A stretch of 52,458 nt of DNA, from contig NW_021833913.1 of assembly GCF_006345805.1 (NCBI RefSeq), positions 1 through 52,458 on the forward strand, written 5' to 3'. This document shows, piece after piece, positions 45,275 through 52,458 of the stretch (the first letter of the stretch is position 1; every line of letters begins with the position of its first letter). This stretch comes from Octopus sinensis. Taxonomy: Eukaryota. The notes below the pieces were generated by a model. The model ran no database searches and was not told the DNA's origin. It was given only the letters and a program-made list of their open reading frames with translations. The translations under genes were made by a program, and so were the position numbers.

Positions 45275-45802
45275 ATGCAATTTCCAGATAGACCACACCA
45301 GCACTATTACCAAAACTTAATCAGCAACGACATGAACAAAATTCATATAAAACGACCAAAAAATGCATTTTTTATTTGGTCGACTGAAGCTCGAAAACAT
45401 TTTTCTGCGAAGTATACAAATTACAGAAATCATGAAATTTCAAAACTGCTAGGTCAGTTTTGGAATGAAATGAACGAAGAAAACAAAAGACCCTACTTCG
45501 ATAAAGCAAGAGAAGAGAGGATACTTCACCTTAAGACTTATCCAGACTATACTTACTGTCCAATCCGAAAAAGAAAATCTAAAAAATCATTCAAAAAACC
45601 GTTAGAAATTCCAAGCACTACTCAAAATGTCGAATTCGCTACATTTGATAAAAATATAATTCAATATGATTATTACTTTCAAAACTCAGAGAACCTCCAA
45701 CCAGATATTTACTACACGAATTTTGACACGATGGAATATTTTGAACCTCAATCATATTCGACAAATAATGACTGGTATCCATTTTACGGATATAAGTACT
45801 GA
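45275..45802 (+). CDS. Sox-like HMG-box protein, copy 2
   Basis: Identical translation in the ORF track. Confidence 0.85.
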   Translation: MQFPDRPHQHYYQNLISNDMNKIHIKRPKNAFFIWSTEARKHFSAKYTNYRNHEISKLLGQFWNEMNEENKRPYFDKAREERILHLKTYPDYTYCPIRKRKSKKSFKKPLEIPSTTQNVEFATFDKNIIQYDYYFQNSENLQPDIYYTNFDTMEYFEPQSYSTNNDWYPFYGYKY

Positions 45803-46688
45803 TTTATGACTTTCTTAACTGTTTAATTCGTAAATTTGCATTAAATTAGTTCATTTTATTCCTTAGTCGTTCTAATATTGACTTTAACATACAAGAATCA
45901 TATATTGCATTCCGTTAATTTATCCTCCCACATTTTTCCTAAACTTAAAAGGTCTTATTTCAAGAATATTCAGTTGATTTTGTCACTCCCTATTGGTCCT
46001 ATTACTAATTTCCTGAAAGTGTGGATAGTATACAGAATTTATAGGCTTTAGTTATAAGCAAACAAATTGAATTTGAAGAAAAGTAGTTTTGTTAGAGAAG
46101 ATAAATATATAAATGAAAATAATAAACTGATTTAAAGTATGAAAGGGTAAAACAAATAGGATTCGCCAGTGACTGCACCCCGCATAGCAAACGAGTCACC
46201 TCGCAAGATTGCTATAGATATTCTCTGGTACAGCCAAAGGGTTTCCCGGTGGTTAAAGGTCTTCTTTCCGATCAGTTTCCCAGTTATAGACAGAACCCTT
46301 TTCCCAGGAAAGTAGTTGTATATAATTATAATTATTGACAAATGTTTTAAATATCTGCATAATTTAAAAAATGAAATTCAATTTTTATTTCTAATGATTT
46401 CATGCTAAGTTAAAATGCAGATTTTGTGCAACATTTAGATTTTCTTTGGTCAATTTTAGTAAAATACATTGTAAAATAATTGATTAGAAAATACAAGAAA
46501 TAATCGGCTTAAATGTGGGCATTAACCAAGTGTCCAGAATTTTATTGATTAAAAAGTGTTAATTTTAATTTGTACAAAAATAAAATTTCAGTGCGAATAT
46601 CAAAGATTCCTATCTTGTACTATCAAAAAGTACAATTCTTTCAAAAATAACATAAAATAAGGAATAAAACATCCAAAAATGAAGTAAA

Positions 46689-47459
46689 TTAGGAGTAGAG
46701 AGAAATAATGGCCTTTAGTTTCTCATACTGTGGATTATTGTCCTTGTCCAACAACTCCCTCGCCTGTCGATTGAGTTCCTTGGAGGGCATAAAACAAGAC
46801 TAAACATTTCTGGCCTTCTTCTGCTCGTAGAAGACGGCGGCATTGGCTCTGCGCTTGTCCTCCAACTCCTCCACCAAGTCGGCACTCTTCCAGCCAAATC
46901 GACGGGCCACTTGCCCCAACACGGTGAACTGCCGTCAGAGGGATGACCAACCTTGCGGTGGGGCTTCAAGCATACCGCCTTCACAGCACGCGGGAAAACC
47001 ATTTTCTTTGTTCTCTGGAATCGGAGAGGAACTCCTTCGAAGGTGGACAAGCGGGAGAAGGCCTCTGATCCGCGGGATGTCCGATAGGGGATCATTCCTT
47101 CTCGTTATGCTCACTCACAACCTCGGACTGCCTTACGAAACATTCCCCCGGGGGCTCGGAAGTGGAGTGGTCCCTTCTTTGGGTTTGTGTTGGTTCTCTT
47201 GTGGAGATACGACTGGAATTTCACTGAGCATTTAAATGTCGGGACTACATTTGTTCTTCCTTTCTGACCCTGAGACGATCAGTTTCTCACATCGAAGTAC
47301 CACCACTTCTCTCTTTGCTGAAAGGCATTAAGAGGGCTCTCATACTTGTGAGGAGTAGTTTGGCGATTATACTCGCGAGTCTCCCTTCTATATGATTGCT
47401 GGCATCCACAATTAGAGGCTAATATTCCATACATCGGGGTATACCTTATTACTGTTCAT
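46689..47459 (-). CDS. RPL13A: 60S ribosomal protein L13a, copy 2
   Basis: Differences from copy 1 were seen only in introns. Confidence 0.96.
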
Positions 47460-48061
47460 GTCAACAAGTTATCACGTGGCTGATAATTTATTATTTTTAA
47501 ATAATTATTCTTTTTCCCCATTTTTTACTTTTTTTCTTTGCACAAAATTATTGAAAGCTATTAATAATAACCTTAATTAATTTTCAAAAAATTGTTATGA
47601 TCGCTATTTTTGGGAGTTTACCTGATAGCCAAGTCTGTGTTAATAACTAATTACCTTAAAAATGTATTTTTAATCTATTCCTAGTATAAACAGAGAGAAA
47701 TGCGCTTATGTTAGATGGAGATTTCCAATTAACCTATAAAGTCCTGTTATAATATTTAGTTCTCTATTTGTCGATTGCAAAAAATTTCTAAAACGTTTGA
47801 TTTTTGCACCAAATTGTATATTTTTGCAAGAAATCGTCACTTAAATGAACCAACGATAAAATTTCATGTTCTTCAATATTGTCAGATTCTAAAAAGAATT
47901 TTCATCTTTCGAAAAAAAATTTGGCAAACAAATGAAGTACAACAAAAATATTCGATTTTAAAATTCAAGTCAAATCATTTTGACAAAACCAAAAATCAAT
48001 TTATTAGTTTGATATTATACTTTTATAACTGTTATATTAGTAAGTAGTTAATATTCACAAT

Positions 48062-49053
48062 TCAACAATTACAGTCGTATATATTGAAGAGAATGTTCAG
48101 TTCTTTATTTTCAGGTGCAGCCGTTGAAGTCGTCCTTTGGACATAGGAAGTCGTCCGTGGCACGGTAGAAGTTGTCCGTGGAACGGTAGAAGTTGTCCGT
48201 GGAACAGTGGAAGTTGTCCGTGGCACGGTGGAAGTTGTCCGTGGCACAGTAGAAGTCGTCCGTGGAATGGTAGAAGTTGTCCGTGGCACGGTAGAAGTTG
48301 TTCGTGGCACGGTAGAAGTCGTCCGTGGAACAGTGGAAGTTGTCCGTGGAACAGTGGAAGTTGTCCGTGGAACGGTGGGAGTCGTCCGTGGCACGGTAGA
48401 AGTTGTCCGTGGAACAGTGGAAGTTGTCCGTGGAACGGTGGAAGTCGTTCGTGGCACGGTGGAAGTCGTCCGTGGCACGGTAAAAGTTGTCCGTGGAACA
48501 GTGGAAGTTGCCCGTGGCACAGTTGTTGTAAAAAGGGCAGCTGAGGTATTTAGATAATCGTATTAACCTGGATATTGGCATAAAAAATATAATCTATAGC
48601 GGCATGATATGTCATTCCAACGTCCACTTCTAGGCAACATCACAACGCAGTCTTCATTTCTACGATTATTTGGTTCTCCACGATTCCAAAAGGAATAAAC
48701 CAAAAAATATAAATTGCACAAAAACTTGTCTACGGTTATACGAATCTACAAAATAACGTTCTCTTGCAATGTCGTTGAGACCAAAATAAAAATTAAATCC
48801 TACTATTCTAGCAAAATTATCTATTTGTTGTAAATAACGAATATACTTGTAATATACACTCTTATTGCATGAGAGTTAATGACAGCCAAAGCCCCCTTCC
48901 TTGCTCTACAATAATTCTGGGCGTCAAAATAATTCATTTTTCGATAAACAAGTGAATAGCACATTCCCCGATAGCATTCTGAATTTAAATTTAAATGGTC
49001 TTACTTAGTCCTACAACTGAGTTTATGGCTATAATAAACAATAAGTAAATCAT
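48062..49053 (-). CDS. C-type lectin-mucin, copy 2 (19 x 21-bp repeat at 48119-48517)
   Basis: Offset 27677; same repeat number and variant order. Confidence 0.88.
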
Positions 49054-49449
49054 TGTGTATTCGAGTGGGAGATGATAATATATTTAAAGGGGAGAACAGC
49101 TGGCGGTGTTTTCTTTTAAGATTTATGGATATTCTACAAGTTGAGACAATTTAGCACTATTTTTAAGTAACAGAAGTTTTAATAAATATTGGAATTAATA
49201 TTTATTTTTTAGCTCAAATTCCAAAGTTTTATTAACAGTATTTTACGAATAAAATGGGGTATATTCAATCTAAAATAATGGTTTTATGAATTAATAAAAG
49301 TTGAATATTGTTAATTTAAATAATTAAAAATGTGATTTTTTATGAATTAATTTATCCAACACAAAAGTTGTTTATTTTTTGTGGTGGGTACATATTTTCT
49401 GTAATAAAACTTTAATATTTATATCTTAGAAATTATATTTAAATAAATT

Positions 49450-51915
49450 ATGACTGAAAATCATATTAATTCCGAACAAAATTTGTCTCTTTTTATTAAA
49501 AGAGCCCCAGGAAAACGTCAAATCAAACACGTCCAAAGAGACAAAATACCCGAAATCTTACTCCAAGAAGAATCCGATGAAAGTGACAGCACGTGCAAGG
49601 AATCATCCAACATGGAGTCCTCTGATGAGTCCAGCGAGACCTCAATTCCCCCACAAAAACCCATAAATAACTCCCCAAAAGACTACGGAGAACCCCAATC
49701 ACGGAATATTTCTCCAATTTGCATGATTTGTCTACGGTTTGGCATTTAAACTAACAAAAAGAGCCTCAAACGAAGAAGTGGTGGTGTGTGACTCCTGTGG
49801 GGTGTCAGTCCACGAAGAATGCTATGGAATATCAGAGAACACCTCCCAATGTGATGATGTGAGTGTCGAATCCTCAATCTCAACCGAACCCTGGTTTTGT
49901 GCAGTCTGTTTATTGGGCAATGATAAGCCAGTAGGACACAATTGGTCTAATTAGGTGTGTGCTTTGTGTCCTTGTTCGGAGGGGGCATTTAAGAAGACGG
50001 TTTGTGGGCAGTGGGTTCACCTTGTTTGTGCTCTGATGGTCCCGGGGGTGGCTTTTGACGAGACTGAGGGGGTCAATGGAATCTCTCTGCTGGAAATGAA
50101 CTATTCCTCCTACGGTTTAAAGGTGGGGAGTCCATTTAATCCAAGAAATGTTCCCTGTGTGAGGATTGGAGATATTCTGGGACTGGAGTGACCATTCAGT
50201 GCGAGTCTGGGCTGTGCAGGACATATTTCCACGTTTCCTGGTGTTATTCCGTGGGTTAATCCCCAGTGCTCTCATGTCTGGATATTTGTGCAATAATTAC
50301 TCGGAAAGTGGTTCGAGTAGTGGATATTACCACGTCGCCTATTGTGGTCAACATAGTGATCCTGAAGAAGTTTCCCGCCGTCGGAAAAGATGGGTTGCCG
50401 CCCTAAATGGTGTTAAAAATAGTCAAAATAAAATTGAAAAAAATTCTCCTAAACATGCTGTATTTTCCCGCGTAATTTTTAGAAATATAACGGAAAAATG
50501 TTAAAATGGGCGGGAAATAGATTTAAATATAAATTTGAGAAAATTTCCAATTCTTATATCAGTGGGTCACTTGATGGGCTTTTTGGAGTATTTTCCCGCG
50601 ATTTGTCGACCTCCAAAGGAGCCCTAAGCAGATTGACCAAGAAGGCAGAGCTCATGAACATAAACACGGTCTCTATAATTCCGTGATTTCACCAGAATAT
50701 AAACATAAACGAATTTGACATTTCCAAGTTGTGGTATATCCCCCCGGGCTTCAATCCAGCCTTTGTGCATTACTATATTGGTTGGAGTGCAATTGTGACT
50801 GTTAGACAGAGACAGGCGGATGGGTGAGATGAGGACTTCCCTATCGCTGTTAAAGGAGGAGAACCAGTCCCTCCGAGAGAAGGAGCAGGTTCAGATTGTC
50901 CAGTTTGAGCAAGTCGTGTTTGATTGGTCAGTTTAAGGCCACCAAACAATTGGAGGAAGCCAAAGAAAAACGTGCAGATTTGGAACGGAAATATGACTTG
51001 CTGTCACAGCTGAGCTATAAAAAGTCTCCAGTGGTGGGAGAACAGCACGGAGACTTGAGGAACTCGACAGAAGCCCAGATTGAGGAGTGTGTGTTCTGTA
51101 GTAGTCGAGAACAGCAACATTTAATGGTGAAATGTGGAATATGCAAGAAATCCCAGCACATTTCGTGCCTGGTCCCCCCACTTGGATCAGTTCCTCGAGT
51201 GGGGATGGGATATACGTGGTACTGTTGGTGTCCTCACTTTAGGCGGTGTTCTTCCTGTGATGTCAATGTGGACTTTAAGGCGGGTGTGGAGAAGGCAGTG
51301 ACGAAGGAGGCAATGGCCAGGATTCGTCGGCCTCCACCAAACACGGTCATGGCCCTGGAAAAAGTGAAAAGAATTTACAAAAAGAAACCAAAAAATGAAC
51401 CGGTCAGAGTCAAACGAAAGTACACGAAGCGCGCAAAAAATATTGTTGAAATAATAAAAGAAGATTCAATAATTGATATTCCCAAATGTGAGGAAAGCTG
51501 TGTGGATTTGTCTCAAGTTAAATGTGAAGTGACCCCGAAAAGGAAGTACAAGAAGAGGGTACCCAAGACAGAGGAGCCACGGGACATTGTGTTTGCGAAT
51601 GTCACCACAAAGAGTGGGAGAGTTACTAGAAGAGTTTTGTGGACTGATCAGTGTTCTCCGGAAGTACCGAAAAGGGAAGTATCGCCAAAGCCATTGCCGG
51701 TGGCATTGAAAGTGCACTCGAGTCTGTTTTCGAGAGATCTGTATGAGCCCATGTCGTTGTTGATTGGGACGTGTTATTATTGTGGGCAGTCAATATTCAT
51801 GACCGACTTATTTATTCGGTGTAAAATGTGTTTTAATATCGTCCACCGTTGTTGTCCATTCGGGAGAGCACTGCAAAACACTGGACATGACTGGAGTTGT
51901 CCGGAGTGTTCATAA
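49450..51915 (+). CDS. PHF14: PHF14-like, copy 2
   Basis: Identical ORF-track translations. Confidence 0.88.
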
Positions 51916-52042
51916 TTGTGATTATTATTGTCCTTTCGTATGTTTTCACTATTAGTAGGCCCCTTAGAGGTGCATATTCTACAAATATTGTTTTTATGCT
52001 GCGACATAAAATTGAATTTAATATATAAGAGTGTGTAAATTG

Positions 52043-52458
52043 TCAATTTGTCGGGACATTGGTAATTTTTGTTTTGTTCAAACGTGTTTTCAGGTCTTGG
52101 AAAAACTGGTTTGGGAACACAAATGAGCACGAATTCTCTTCTATAAAATGGACAAATTTGTTTAGAGTTGAATCATTCAGTGATGCAATTTGTTCGAGGC
52201 ACGAATCTTCGAAAAATGGATTATCTTGAAGCACAGACACTGCATCTGAGTACTTTTCGGAAATAATATAAAATCTAAGCAGTTCTTTCGGACTTTGAAG
52301 ATTCTGGTAGGCAAATATGACGAGAGCGGCGTCTACGTTACCAAGTTCCAACTTGCGACAGATCTCGCTGGTGATAGTCATTCTGTACTCAACAAAATTA
52401 TAAACCTCTTGTTCATTACAATTTCCCTTAGTAAACCCAATTCGTTGTAATCCAATAA
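52043..52458 (-). CDS. CLHC1: CLHC1-like, copy 2 (3' part only)
   Basis: Same C-terminus with KLEF/KLEL and IVS/IAS substitutions; truncated by the window edge. Confidence 0.7.
   Translation of the reverse strand, partial: IGLQRIGFTKGNCNEQEVYNFVEYRMTITSEICRKLELGNVDAALVIFAYQNLQSPKELLRFYIISEKYSDAVSVLQDNPFFEDSCLEQIASLNDSTLNKFVHFIEENSCSFVFPNQFFQDLKTRLNKTKITNVPTN

Larger units (their letters stand above)
30212..52458 (+). repeat. Large direct duplication, copy 2 (runs off the window)
   Basis: Colinear with 4101-24781 apart from the Tc1 insertion and small indels. Confidence 0.97.

Noticed and set aside
1-52458. Alternative genetic code or stop readthrough to explain the broken ORFs
   Set aside because: In the reconstructed host genes, GT-AG micro-introns remove the stops and give canonical lengths (RPS13 151 aa).
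1-52458. Microsporidian or ciliate origin because of the tiny introns
   Set aside because: Sox, PHF14, a C-type lectin and high intron density argue against microsporidia; TAA and TAG are used as stops, unlike Paramecium-type ciliate codes.

Overview
AT-rich eukaryotic DNA from a highly compacted animal genome, inferred from a Sox-type HMG box, PHF14, a C-type lectin and CLHC1. It is most likely a reduced parasite: a myxozoan cnidarian, or possibly a dicyemid or orthonectid; the taxon cannot be fixed from this window. The ORF track looks fragmented because most genes are split by micro-introns of 23-31 nt. I reconstructed about 45 by hand, and splicing gives full-length RPS13 (151 aa), RPL13A (205 aa), MFSD1, PHF14, CLHC1, a La-motif protein, a stand-alone BPL_N protein, a C-type-lectin/mucin protein and an LRR protein. 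TBCC and the Sox-like gene are intronless. From 30212 the window repeats the sequence that starts at 4101 (period about 26.1 kb plus a 1.46 kb Tc1 insertion), in alternating diverged and near-identical blocks; this is either a real tandem duplication or uncollapsed haplotypes. Spacers hold decayed CRE-like, R4-like and APE-type non-LTR retroelements and Tc1/pogo/hAT relics. Best leads: (1) a secreted 311-aa protein with a nematocyst-type acidic propeptide ending EIEKR, a very basic region, 14-aa Pro/Ile repeats and a Tyr/Glu tail; (2) seven same-strand C/T differences between the TBCC copies, six in TpC context (kataegis-like); (3) the micro-intron system, including a GT-TG intron and a possible intronised exon segment; (4) a stand-alone BPL_N with an apparent Cys-His-Glu triad; (5) an EPN/WND lectin with a mucin stalk and a hormone-receptor-like LRR protein. 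All family calls come from recalled motifs; no searches were run.
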